From Acidimicrobiia bacterium (GTDB lineage: Bacteria > Actinomycetota > Acidimicrobiia > IMCC26256 > JAGNEX01): a DNA stretch of 64,000 bases. A program made the translations under genes and the position numbers. The DNA lies in NCBI GenBank assembly GCA_018003035.1, contig JAGNEX010000007.1, positions 14,393-78,392 of the forward strand, written 5' to 3'. This document shows positions 54,979-64,000 of this stretch, piece by piece. The notes below the pieces were generated by a model, which saw only the letters and a program-made list of their open reading frames with translations, did not search any database and was not told the origin of the DNA. Positions within the stretch are counted from its first letter, which is position 1. Each line of letters starts with the position of its first letter.

Positions 54979-56169
54979 TTACCGGGGTTCTTTCGGCAGG
55001 CCCAACGCGTGTTCACCGATGATGTTGCGCTGAATCTCCGACGACCCGGCATAAATGGTGTCGGAGCGGGTGAACATGAACAGCTTCTGGGTCTTGGTCA
55101 GTTCGTACGGCGCGGCGTCGGCCAGCATCGAGTCGGCGCCAAGCACATCCATGGCTAATTCGCCCAGGTCGCGATGCCAATGGCTCCAAAACAGTTTGCC
55201 GATCGACGACTCGGGCCCCGGTTCTTGACCAGCTTTGAGTGATTCAAGGGCGCGCAGGTTGTTGACCCGCATGATCCTCACCCTCATGTAGAGGTCGACC
55301 AGACGTTGGCGGATTGCGGGCCGCCTGCTGGCTCCGTTTACCTTGGCCAGGTGGGCGATCTCGTCCCATTCGGCTTGAAAGCCGATCTGCTGGCCGAGGG
55401 TGAAGGTTCCCCGTTCGAAGGCGAGTGTGGCAAGAGCAATGCGCCAACCGTCGCCGGGGGCGCCGATCATGAAATCGGCCGGGACACGAACCTCGTCAAA
55501 AAACACCTCGGCGAACTCAGAGGTCCCGGTGATCTGGACGATCGGGCGGATTTCGATCCCGGGCGCATCCATCGGCACCATGATGTAGGACAGGCCTTTG
55601 TGCTTGGGCGCCTCCGGGTCGGTGCGACACACCACAAAGCACCAGTCCGCCCAAAACGCCAAAGACGTCCACACCTTCTGGCCGGTGATCACCCATTCAT
55701 CGCCGTCTCTGACCGCGCGGGTCTGCACGTTGGCCAGGTCGGAACCTGCATTTGGCTCGGAATATCCCTGACACCACAGCTCGGTTCCCGAACGGATCCC
55801 GGGCAGCCATCGCTGTTGCTGTTCTGGCGTCCCGAAGGCGAGAAGGGTGGGGCCGGTCATCCCCTCCCCGATCAGCCCTACCCGATGCGGCGCACCGGCC
55901 TTGGCGAGCTCCTCGTTGAACAGCACCTGTTGGGAGATCGTCGCGTCTCGCCCGCCCCATTTGGCGGGCCAGCCCACGCAGGTCCATCCACCATCGGCGA
56001 GGGCGCGTTCCCAACGGTGGCGGGCGTCGAAAGCCGTATGTTCATCGCCTGGCCCTCCGACTCCTCGGAGTTCTGCGAACTCACCGACCAGATTGGCCGC
56101 CAGCCAGGTCTGCAATTTGGCGCGAAAGTCCTCGTCGGAGAGCTCGCCTGCAACAACGTCGTCTGGCAA
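54979..56169 (-). CDS. Acyl-CoA dehydrogenase (FadE type)
   Basis: YSEPNAGSDLAN, GQKVWTS, IYAGSSEIQRNIIGEHALGLP. TTG 56169 lies 5 nt after AGGAGG; the ORF maximum start is 56247. Confidence 0.9.
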   Translation of the reverse strand: MPDDVVAGELSDEDFRAKLQTWLAANLVGEFAELRGVGGPGDEHTAFDARHRWERALADGGWTCVGWPAKWGGRDATISQQVLFNEELAKAGAPHRVGLIGEGMTGPTLLAFGTPEQQQRWLPGIRSGTELWCQGYSEPNAGSDLANVQTRAVRDGDEWVITGQKVWTSLAFWADWCFVVCRTDPEAPKHKGLSYIMVPMDAPGIEIRPIVQITGTSEFAEVFFDEVRVPADFMIGAPGDGWRIALATLAFERGTFTLGQQIGFQAEWDEIAHLAKVNGASRRPAIRQRLVDLYMRVRIMRVNNLRALESLKAGQEPGPESSIGKLFWSHWHRDLGELAMDVLGADSMLADAAPYELTKTQKLFMFTRSDTIYAGSSEIQRNIIGEHALGLPKEPR

Positions 56170-56381
56170 CACGTCCTCCTGGCACCTGCGCGCGGGTTCA
56201 ACGCCCTCGGTCCGGCGGCACGCTACCAAACCTGACGTTCGTGTCATTATTCAACTTCGGACCTCCGTGACGTAGTCGGCTGGAAGCGGCAACCGGCTGT
56301 GGTTCAACTTTGGGCTGGGGCCTCCGTCACGCAAGCACCCAACGCCTCTAGCCTGTGCGGACCTACTAGCGGAGGCGACTC

Positions 56382-57146
56382 ATGGCAACCCCAGACGATC
56401 ATCAGCTTGCAGCAGATCTTGCCGAAGACGCCGGCAAGCACCTGCTCGATATCCGCAAGCAGGCTGGCAAGCTCGACACCGCGACCCTTAAAGACGAGGG
56501 CGACCGCGGGTCGAATGCGCTGATCTTGCAGCGTCTCAAACAGGAACGCCCAGACGACGCCGTACTCAGCGAAGAAGCCGCAGACTCAGATAAGCGGCTG
56601 ACCGCCGACCGGGTCTGGATCGTCGACCCGCTTGACGGCACTCGAGAGTTCGGCGAAGAAGGCCGAACCGACTGGGCTGTTCACGTTGCCTTGTGGGAGA
56701 AAGGCGACCTCGTCGCTGGCGCCGTCGCATTACCGGCGCAAGACAAGGTGTTCTCGACCGCCAAGGCGATTGGTTTGGCACCCGCACACAAGGGCGGCCC
56801 CCGGCTTGCCGTCTCGCGCTCGCGCCCCCCTGCCTTGGCGGAACAACTCGCCGATGCGCTGGGCGGAAGCCTGGTGCCGATGGGTTCGGCCGGAGCGAAA
56901 GCGATGAGCGTCGTCCAAGGCGATTCAGACATTTACGCGCACGGAGGCGGCCAGTATGAATGGGACTCCGCTGCACCCGTCGCCGTGGCACGTCACGCCG
57001 GTCTCCACACAAGCCGTCTTGACGGGTCAACGTTGGTATACAACGAGAAAAGCCCGTGGCTGCCCGACCTGCTGATCTGTCGTCCCGAGTACGCCGAGCA
57101 GATCCGCGAAATCATCCACCGGCTCACCCGGGACAACCCGCTGTAG
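56382..57146 (+). CDS. cysQ: 3'(2'),5'-bisphosphate nucleotidase, inositol-monophosphatase superfamily (CysQ-type)
   Basis: LSEEAAD, WIVDPLDGTREF (the DPLDGT[KR]EF variant typical of CysQ), WDSAAP. Confidence 0.75.
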   Translation: MATPDDHQLAADLAEDAGKHLLDIRKQAGKLDTATLKDEGDRGSNALILQRLKQERPDDAVLSEEAADSDKRLTADRVWIVDPLDGTREFGEEGRTDWAVHVALWEKGDLVAGAVALPAQDKVFSTAKAIGLAPAHKGGPRLAVSRSRPPALAEQLADALGGSLVPMGSAGAKAMSVVQGDSDIYAHGGGQYEWDSAAPVAVARHAGLHTSRLDGSTLVYNEKSPWLPDLLICRPEYAEQIREIIHRLTRDNPL

Positions 57147-57208
57147 GTCGAGTGCCTCGCACAGAGGTGCGCGCTGCAGGTTTTCGACCCGAAACGCCCG
57201 AGGTCGTA

Positions 57209-57922
57209 TCAGGCGATGATGGGGCGCCCTGCGATAGGAGCACCGACGGGCACGGTTACCTCTCCTGTCGACGGGGTGAGTGAGCATTCAACACCCGGCT
57301 GAAACGACAGTTGGACCACGATTCGCACCGCCTCGGGGGTCGGCTGCGCCGAGGCACCGACGAACGTGTGACAGGCATCTGGCAACGTGTAGCTGACCGT
57401 GACCGACATGTCATCAGGCGACACCCCTACGAGGGTCCATTGCGCTTGTCGGGGCTCGGCGGGCGGAATTGTGGTGGCGACCGGCGGCGCGGTCGTCGGC
57501 GTCGTCGTGGCAACCGTGGCAGGGGCCGTGCTGGCCGTCGTCACTGTTTTTGAGGTCGTCGACGTAGTAGGCGCTTTGGTTGTGGCGGTCGTCGCGGGTA
57601 GGTCGGTCGTCGTCGTTACTTTGGGAGTTGTCGTCGACGATGTGCTCGATACCACCGGTACCGTCTTGATCGGGGTGGTTGCGAGCGTGGTCGTTGGCTG
57701 CGCCAATGCGGGTATCGAACTCGGGGTCGAACCGCTAGCGGTCTCGACATCGGTCGAGTCGCCACCGCCTCCGCCCAGGGCGGGAATCACGATAAAGAGC
57801 AACAACAGCGCCGCCACGGCCGCGCCGATGACCAAACGTTGACGGTTGGTGTGTCTGCGCGACCGTTCATAGACAGCGTCCAACAGGTCGTCTTGGGGCG
57901 CGGAGAAGGTCGGATCACTCAT
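57209..57922 (-). CDS. Single-pass membrane protein, Thr-rich linker; putative anti-sigma factor
   Basis: 8-nt overlap with the upstream ECF sigma gene. Short cytoplasmic N-terminus, TM (LVIGAAVAALLLLFIVIPAL), ~110 aa T/S/P/A-rich region, ~75-aa C-terminal domain. Confidence 0.55.
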   Translation of the reverse strand: MSDPTFSAPQDDLLDAVYERSRRHTNRQRLVIGAAVAALLLLFIVIPALGGGGGDSTDVETASGSTPSSIPALAQPTTTLATTPIKTVPVVSSTSSTTTPKVTTTTDLPATTATTKAPTTSTTSKTVTTASTAPATVATTTPTTAPPVATTIPPAEPRQAQWTLVGVSPDDMSVTVSYTLPDACHTFVGASAQPTPEAVRIVVQLSFQPGVECSLTPSTGEVTVPVGAPIAGRPIIA

Positions 57923-58403
57923 ACTCTTCGTTTTCCCAGGTTGCGCCGGTCACGTCTGCGTTGAGGTAGTGACGGAGAAGGGCTAGACCGGTTCGGGTCA
58001 AGGATGTGAACTTTCGTTCGGTCAAGCCGAGCCCCATTGCCAGTTCATCGTCGGGGCGATCGGTCATATAGCTGAGCAGGAGGGCCTCGCGGGGCCGGGG
58101 CGGCATCCGTTGCAGGGCTGTCATCGCAGAACGATGGTCTGTGCCGAAGTCCGATCCAATGCCGTTGGTGTTGCGGTCCGCTTCTAACGAAAGCTCAATC
58201 GCTGAGCGCAACACCCAGACGTCGACGGTGTTCGTAGCCCCGACTTTGCGGTAGTTCAGGTGGAGGCGCGCAAAGGTTTCAGCGACCACATCTTCGGCAG
58301 CGATGTCGGATCCCATCACACGACTGACGACGTCGGTCACCTCATCGACGAGGTCCCGATACGTTTCCTCGAAGGTAGCTTCACCCATATTTGTCCGATT
58401 CAT
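57915..58403 (-). CDS. ECF-type sigma-70 family RNA polymerase sigma factor
   Basis: Region 2 (AEDVVAETFARLHLNY) and region 4 HTH (PRPREALLLSYMTDRPDDELAMGLGLTERKFTSLTRTG). 162 aa. Confidence 0.85.
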   Translation of the reverse strand: MNRTNMGEATFEETYRDLVDEVTDVVSRVMGSDIAAEDVVAETFARLHLNYRKVGATNTVDVWVLRSAIELSLEADRNTNGIGSDFGTDHRSAMTALQRMPPRPREALLLSYMTDRPDDELAMGLGLTERKFTSLTRTGLALLRHYLNADVTGATWENEEYE

Positions 58404-58639
58404 AAACGATCAATACCCTGTTTGACCATCGCTGTTCACTTGAGCCTCAAGGCGCCCCGCGGCGATGCCGATACCTGGTGTGCGAGTCGCGTCGCAAGAC
58501 GTCTGGCCTGAACGTTGTGCGATCGGGCCGATTCAAGCAGCGACCCACCGACCAACGCCGTTTCCCGCTGCGGCTTTGGAAATACCCTCCGCCGCTCTGG
58601 AACAGCGAGGTAATCATCTCATCTCAAGCGAGCTCATCG

Positions 58640-60955
58640 GTGACAGCTGCCGATTTCGCGGTAGCAACTCAGCGGTCCGGCACGCTAAGTGCGCAGATCG
58701 CTGAGGAACAGAACGCGTCTCAACCCGGGCTTGGCGCACGCTTTCTCGCGCTGGTCACCATGTCGACGCTAGCGATTGCTTTGCCCCTGTTCACCACCAT
58801 CGGCGACGAGGCCACCTACTTCGTCGTGCACGGAACCGGCCGACTGGGAATCATCGCGTTTACCGCAGCGCTGCTGACAGTTCCGCCAGTCGCGGTGTGG
58901 TTGTTGTGTGCAGCCCTTGCGCGCCGCAACGACAAGGTGTGGGGTGCCGGAATTGGCCTGTTCGCATGCTTGGCAGTGGCCCCAACGGCGCGAGAGATGG
59001 CGCCGAACAGTGACGCATTCGCTGTGGCCTTCATCCTGTTCATGAGCGCATGCTGCGCGGTTCTGTACAACCGACACCTCTGGCTTCGTAAAGCGCTCGC
59101 ATATGGCAGCCCGTTGGCGATCGTGCTCGGCGGGTGGTTCCTCGGCGCGTCTGACGTGGCTGGGCTGTTCAGCGCCCAGGCCGATGCCGTCGTCACCGCG
59201 GAACGCTCCACCGAAACTCCCATCATCTGGGTAACCTTCGACGAGTTCAACGTTGCTTCGATTGTCAATGACGACTTCGAGATCGACCCTAAGCGGGCGC
59301 CGAACTTCGCCCGCCTCGCAGCTAACAGCACGTGGTACCGCAACGCGACAACCTCTCAACCGCAGACGCACAAGTCGATTCCCTCAATGCTTTCGGGCGT
59401 CTACTACGAGGGCGAAGTTCCGATCCCGGCGAACTGGCCGAACAACGCTTTCTCCGTCTTGTCGGGCACGTACGACACCGTTGCCTGGGAGTTTGCCAGC
59501 CGCCTCTGTTCGGGTCCATGCGATGCCGCCTCTGCGGCGATAGGCCCTGGTGCTGGGCTCACCTCACTGATTAAAGACACTTTGATCGTGTACGGCCACA
59601 ACGTTCTGCCAGAAGGCATCCGCGGAAACCTGCCCAGAATTGACGATCGATGGGCTGGATTCGGGGACCCGTCCGGGGAGACATCAGGCGATGCCACGGG
59701 TTCAGACCCCGCTACCGAGAACGCTGGGACCCAGAACACAGGCACCCAAGACACAGGCGCCCCGAAAGCTGCGACATCTACGACCGCGGCGAACTCTGGC
59801 GCTGCTGGGACAAACACTGGAGCAACGGCGGCGTCTCCGGGGTCTCGAGCCAACGATGCGTCGGTGACCTTCAAAGACATCGCTGGCGATATCAAGTCCG
59901 GCGCCCAGGCACGAGTGCAAGCATGGGAAGCATTTGCCGACCGGCTGGGGACCGATCTCGACTCAAAGTTCTTGTTCTTTCACGCCCTTAACCCACATGA
60001 ACCTCTCGACTTTCTCCCTTCTGGTCAGAGCTACACCAAGACCATCCTCATGCCCGGGGTCAACGGCGGGGGCACCTGGTTGGACGACCAGTACCTGGCT
60101 GACAACCAGCTCCAGCGCTATCTGTTGCAGGTCGGCTACGTCGACCGCATGCTCGGCCAGCTCATCGACGCACTAGAGAACAGCGGTCAATGGGACGATG
60201 CGCTGGTGGTCATCGTCGCCGACCATGGTGTGTCCTTCCAGGCTGGAAAGCCTCGTCGCCAGCCCACTCCCGAGACCTTCGACGACATCGCTAGGGTGCC
60301 GTTGTTCATCAAGTATCCGGGGCAGACCGAGGGCGAGATCGACGATCGGAACGTAGAGAACGTCGACATCTTCCCGACGGTCCTCGACGTTGTGGACGTC
60401 GATGCTGACGACCTCACCCTCGACGGCACGTCGCTGCTTCAAACAGATAGAGACCGCCCCGATAAGCGCATCTGGCCGTATCGGAATGGAGGAGTTCCCT
60501 TCGTCACCGACGATGCCGCGCTCCCCGACGAATTGCCGTTCTGGACTCAGGCGTACGCCCTTTTTGGTGACGGCGACGGAGGGCTCAACCCTTACGCAGA
60601 GGGGCCGTACCGCGCCCTTGTCGGCACCAAGATCTCCGAGGTCAAGAGCGGGGCCGCCGCAACGGCCGCCGTCGCGCTAAGACGCCCCGAGCTGTACCGA
60701 TCGATCGACTTGGACGCCGAGGTGATCCCGGCCTTCATCGCCGCAGACGTCAACGGGCTCGCCGACGGCACGCCGATGACCGTTGAGTTCGGCGACCGCA
60801 TCGTGGCAACCACCCAGGTGTTTTCAGATAAAGACGGCGGTCAGCACATCGGGATCATGGTCAACCCCGAGTACCTGTCCGACGCCGAAGAAGGAATCTC
60901 GTTCTCGGTTCTGAAGGGTGACGCAAAAAATCCGGTGCGGCACCCGGTCAAGTGA
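58640..60955 (+). CDS. Membrane-anchored sulfatase/alkaline-phosphatase-superfamily transferase (LtaS/EptA-like)
   Basis: ~5 N-terminal TM. IIWVTFDEFN, SQPQTHKSIPSMLSG (Thr nucleophile context), VVIVADHG. Internal G/T/A/S low-complexity insert. The start is ambiguous (GTG 58640 or ATG 58760; ORF from 58478). Confidence 0.75.
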   Translation: MTAADFAVATQRSGTLSAQIAEEQNASQPGLGARFLALVTMSTLAIALPLFTTIGDEATYFVVHGTGRLGIIAFTAALLTVPPVAVWLLCAALARRNDKVWGAGIGLFACLAVAPTAREMAPNSDAFAVAFILFMSACCAVLYNRHLWLRKALAYGSPLAIVLGGWFLGASDVAGLFSAQADAVVTAERSTETPIIWVTFDEFNVASIVNDDFEIDPKRAPNFARLAANSTWYRNATTSQPQTHKSIPSMLSGVYYEGEVPIPANWPNNAFSVLSGTYDTVAWEFASRLCSGPCDAASAAIGPGAGLTSLIKDTLIVYGHNVLPEGIRGNLPRIDDRWAGFGDPSGETSGDATGSDPATENAGTQNTGTQDTGAPKAATSTTAANSGAAGTNTGATAASPGSRANDASVTFKDIAGDIKSGAQARVQAWEAFADRLGTDLDSKFLFFHALNPHEPLDFLPSGQSYTKTILMPGVNGGGTWLDDQYLADNQLQRYLLQVGYVDRMLGQLIDALENSGQWDDALVVIVADHGVSFQAGKPRRQPTPETFDDIARVPLFIKYPGQTEGEIDDRNVENVDIFPTVLDVVDVDADDLTLDGTSLLQTDRDRPDKRIWPYRNGGVPFVTDDAALPDELPFWTQAYALFGDGDGGLNPYAEGPYRALVGTKISEVKSGAAATAAVALRRPELYRSIDLDAEVIPAFIAADVNGLADGTPMTVEFGDRIVATTQVFSDKDGGQHIGIMVNPEYLSDAEEGISFSVLKGDAKNPVRHPVK

Positions 60956-61004
60956 CCGAGTCCCACACCGGATGTAGGTGCTCATCTGCTTAGTTCTTGT
61001 CGCG

Positions 61005-62060
61005 CTAGGACTCGAACCCGAGGCTGATACCGCAGCTTTGCGCCGATTCGGACATGAGGCGTTCGGTCCCCGCCGGTGCGTACTGGGGCGTGTCTCGAAG
61101 CTCGACCCATTGATCGTCGGTCAGCTGAGGGGCGTAGGTGTTGGCTGTGCAGTTTGCGTTTGCCCGAGGAATGCCCACCGACACCAAGTAGGAGGCAAAC
61201 GCTTCAGAGCCTGCGTCTGCTGGCGCGCCATAACGCGGATCCACCGACGGATCGGGGGCGGTGATCGCTGAGGTGCCGCCCGCGGTGCCCGAACCGGAGG
61301 TGCTCCCCGAGGTTCCCGCCCCGGAAGTGTTCGATCCAGTCGTGCTGCCAGCCGTCGTGCCGCCCGAAGTGGAACCGCCTGACGTCGTCCGATCCCCCGT
61401 GGTCACCACACCGGTGGTTGAGCCGCCGGACGTCGTACCGCCTGAACTGGTGGGGTCGTTGGTTTGGCCACCGGTCGTCGAGCCGCTACCGGACGTACTG
61501 TTAATGCTCGACCCTTGACCGGTGGTCTGCATCGCAGACACCGTGTTGGGAGTCCTGGCTGACGTTTGAGGTACCTGAGTGGGCCGGATCGGGCGGATGG
61601 TCGCGCCAGTGGTGTTTCGCGCTGCTTCGGCTGCCTGCTTCGCCGCGACCTCGCGCGCTGCGGCGGCCGGATCTTGGACGGCACCAACGCCCGGAACAGA
61701 CGCGATACTGGGTACGGGCAAAGCGTTGACTGCCGTGGTCGGCACGTCGGCAGGTAACACACCGCCTGGACCGCCAAGGGTCGAGGAGGGGTTCGACTCA
61801 CCGTTGGCGACAGCAACCTCGGAGTCGCCGACGCCCTCGTCTTTGTTGACCCAGATCACGACGGCGATGATGATCATCACCACGCCGAGCAGACCGATCA
61901 AGGTCAGGAAAAACTCCTGGCGCCCCAGGTTGGACGGCTTGGCCTGTCCCGTTTCGTTTGCGCCAACATCGACATCTACGTCGATCGGATCGGGCTCGGC
62001 CACGACGGTCTCCTTCGGATTTCGATTCGCCTCCCGCGCGGTGAAGCCTTGCAAAAGCAT
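61005..62060 (-). CDS. Single-pass membrane protein with long S/T/G-rich region and Cys-containing C-terminal domain, unknown function
   Basis: TM FFLTLIGLLGVVMIIIAVVIWV. SGSGSTTGGQTNDPTSSGGTTSGGSTTG... low complexity. ~85-aa C-terminal domain with 2 Cys. Confidence 0.55.
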   Translation of the reverse strand: MLLQGFTAREANRNPKETVVAEPDPIDVDVDVGANETGQAKPSNLGRQEFFLTLIGLLGVVMIIIAVVIWVNKDEGVGDSEVAVANGESNPSSTLGGPGGVLPADVPTTAVNALPVPSIASVPGVGAVQDPAAAAREVAAKQAAEAARNTTGATIRPIRPTQVPQTSARTPNTVSAMQTTGQGSSINSTSGSGSTTGGQTNDPTSSGGTTSGGSTTGVVTTGDRTTSGGSTSGGTTAGSTTGSNTSGAGTSGSTSGSGTAGGTSAITAPDPSVDPRYGAPADAGSEAFASYLVSVGIPRANANCTANTYAPQLTDDQWVELRDTPQYAPAGTERLMSESAQSCGISLGFES

Positions 62061-62711
62061 CGGGCCGCACCGAACGTGGCCATATTGTGGCGTATCTGGC
62101 GTCGGAAGGCACGGTCATGGAAAGCGCCCGCCTGCGTTTGATGGTTAACAACGTCTCTTCGCCGTCACCCAACGTGACGTGAGCGCCCCATAAACTGCCG
62201 GGCTGCACACCGCCTGGATGCTCCTGACGTTGGCCAGCGCGATCCGGACACCATGCCGGCATCGTCGACAGGTCAAGGCCTCACAGCGAGGAGCCAGGTC
62301 ACCAGGGGAGCTGGCAAAGGTGCAAAAAGGTCGCAGCGGCCAGTACTGAGACTGACAAGCTGACGAGCCAAATGTCGCTCAGTGAAGTTGCCCGATGACA
62401 GTCGGGCGGCGTCAAGGCATGCGGCCGCAGGAGAGCTGTAGGCCGGCTCCTAGATAGCCGACGGTGGAACAAAAGCCGAGGTCACAACGATCGTGCTGAA
62501 AACGCCAACCCGGCTCTCCCACAGTGTCCGACTCACCGCGTCTCGTTTCGCTCGCGCTCGTCTTGGTCGGCGCCATGCGTCGCCCGACCTCGACGAGGAA
62601 CGCGAAGAACGCGAGCGCAGCTCTCAGACCTGCGGGCTGGATCCATTTGGCACCAAGCGCAAAGTTCCCGAGAAGCGCCGGGGCCTTCTCCTGACCCGGG
62701 CCTGGCGCGTG

Positions 62712-63818
62712 ATGATGCTCGTGGCGGCGGTTGGGCTGACCTTTCCCGCTCCCGCTCACGCTGCGGGAGAGACCTTTGTCTTTGGTGACTCGCTGGCCGT
62801 GGCGATTGCGCCTTATGTAAATGGAATAGTCGGAGGCGGTGTTTTGGTCGACGCGGTGGTGGGACGAACAACGCAAGAGGGCGTCTCCATCGCCGCCAAC
62901 CGGCAAAGCGATTTCTCGCAAGCGGACACCATCTTCTTGTCGCTGGGCGCAAACGACGGTCAGAACGCAGGCCGCTACGCAGCGATGCTGGGCCAGATCC
63001 TCGACTCGATCGGCCCCGTGCCGCGCGTGGTGCTCATCGGTCTTGCCAATACCAAGGCATTCCACAGCGGCGTTAACGCGGCAATGATCGACGCCGCCGA
63101 CGCCCGCCCCAACGTTGCATACGCGAATTGGGCGGGAATCGCAGACGGGAGCTCCGGGCTGCTCCGAAGCGATGGGGTTCACTTGACGGCGGGCGGCGCG
63201 TCAGCTTTGGCGTCGCTGGCGGTGGATACGTTGAACGGAGTCGCTCAACCGGCTCCGGCCGCCGGTGCGGCAACGTCGACGTCAACGACATCGTTATCGG
63301 TGACCACCACAACACTTGCTGGGACGTCGACGACGGTGGCCGGCCCGACCAGCACCGTCATATCGGGTGTCGTCGATCCAACCAGCACCTCGCAGTCGAG
63401 GTCCGCCACGTCCGTTGCTGCACAGGGAACTGACCGAGCGTCCGCAACGGACGATGCTGTGGCCGCAGCGACGACCGACCGGCCAGCGAGCGGTTCTGCT
63501 TCGACCAGCAGCAGCCTGCCGGTTCTGCTTCGAGCGATCATCCTCGGAGGCTTCGTCACGGTCGGGGTCGGCTACCTACGGAACAACCCCAACCGTGTTC
63601 GTGTCCGCCGGCACCGACGAATCGCCCGCTCAGAAGGCCGTCATCCTGCGCAGCCTCCGGGACGCACGCGAGGAGCTTTGGCTCCACCACTCATTCGCAT
63701 CGACCGACGAACGGGGCAAGGCACCGACGTCGACCGCCACCCTGCCGGTCGACGTCAGCAGGCAGCATCGACTTGGAAATCCGCACCATCAGCGCCCGAG
63801 GTAGGTGAACAGACCTGA
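62712..63818 (+). CDS. Secreted SGNH/GDSL-family hydrolase with S/T-rich linker, C-terminal TM and basic tail
   Basis: Signal peptide ...PAPAHA. FVFGDSLA (block I), LSLGANDG (block III), DGVHLT (block V DxxH). TM ILGGFVTVGVGYL. Confidence 0.75.
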   Translation: MMLVAAVGLTFPAPAHAAGETFVFGDSLAVAIAPYVNGIVGGGVLVDAVVGRTTQEGVSIAANRQSDFSQADTIFLSLGANDGQNAGRYAAMLGQILDSIGPVPRVVLIGLANTKAFHSGVNAAMIDAADARPNVAYANWAGIADGSSGLLRSDGVHLTAGGASALASLAVDTLNGVAQPAPAAGAATSTSTTSLSVTTTTLAGTSTTVAGPTSTVISGVVDPTSTSQSRSATSVAAQGTDRASATDDAVAAATTDRPASGSASTSSSLPVLLRAIILGGFVTVGVGYLRNNPNRVRVRRHRRIARSEGRHPAQPPGRTRGALAPPLIRIDRRTGQGTDVDRHPAGRRQQAASTWKSAPSAPEVGEQT

Positions 63819-64000
63819 GCAGGGCAGCCTGATCATCACCCTGAACGTCAAGAGCAGTTTGAGATCCTTTATCGCTCAGATCAACTAAATCTCTGGAAAT
63901 GTTCAAGGACGGGCACCAGGCCAGCCGATCACACTCACAACAACTCGTGTGGGGATCCCCTCCCCTCGGACGTGAGGTGACATGGTGCGTACTTTCTTGG

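Noticed and set aside
1-64000. Search for tRNA/rRNA genes, CRISPR arrays, IS elements, integrases, toxin-antitoxin or known defence genes
   Set aside because: No cloverleaf-like or repeat-spacer patterns, terminal inverted repeats with a transposase, or defence-type domains were seen in any frame. The window looks like core/metabolic chromosome.
63982-64000. Possible gene start (ATG 63982 after GAGGTG)
   Set aside because: Only 6 codons lie inside the window, which is insufficient evidence.

Overview
High-GC, gene-dense chromosomal segment with Actinomycetota-like features (LAXTG sorting signal, GTG/TTG starts, ATGA stop-start overlaps, long antisense ghost ORFs). The lineage assignment is an inference. 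I support about 52 protein-coding genes. I recognised no rRNA, tRNA, CRISPR array, transposase or integrase. Start codons were chosen by eye from SD-like motifs and homology expectations, so many are +/- a few codons. No database search was possible, and all family calls rest on motifs visible in the translations. The content is dominated by lipid/steroid-type catabolism: 5 acyl-CoA dehydrogenases, 5 SDRs, a CoA-transferase pair, an enoyl-CoA hydratase, a DUF35/thiolase pair, a Baeyer-Villiger monooxygenase, an ALDH and an acyl-CoA ligase. There are also sulfate-ester genes (AtsA-like Cys-sulfatase, MBL alkylsulfatase-like, CysQ), second-messenger enzymes (GGDEF-EAL plus a class III cyclase), stress and transport genes, and several Ser/Thr-rich envelope proteins. 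Main observations: (1) at 44685-50232, a translationally coupled operon encodes an alkyl-DHAP synthase (AGPS-type, HHH loop), a single-polypeptide FAR-DHAPAT fusion and an extended SDR. This is a complete peroxisome-type ether-lipid initiation pathway, essentially uncharacterised outside myxobacteria and eukaryotes. (2) At 32742-40254, a block in echA20/ipdA/ipdB/ipdC order plus paired ACADs is typical of steroid ring C/D (HIP) degradation, with a near-consensus KstR-type AT-rich palindrome at 38017-38040. (3) A cell-wall-anchored protein carries 47 consecutive serines. (4) Several unexplained small repeats and palindromes lie in promoter regions.
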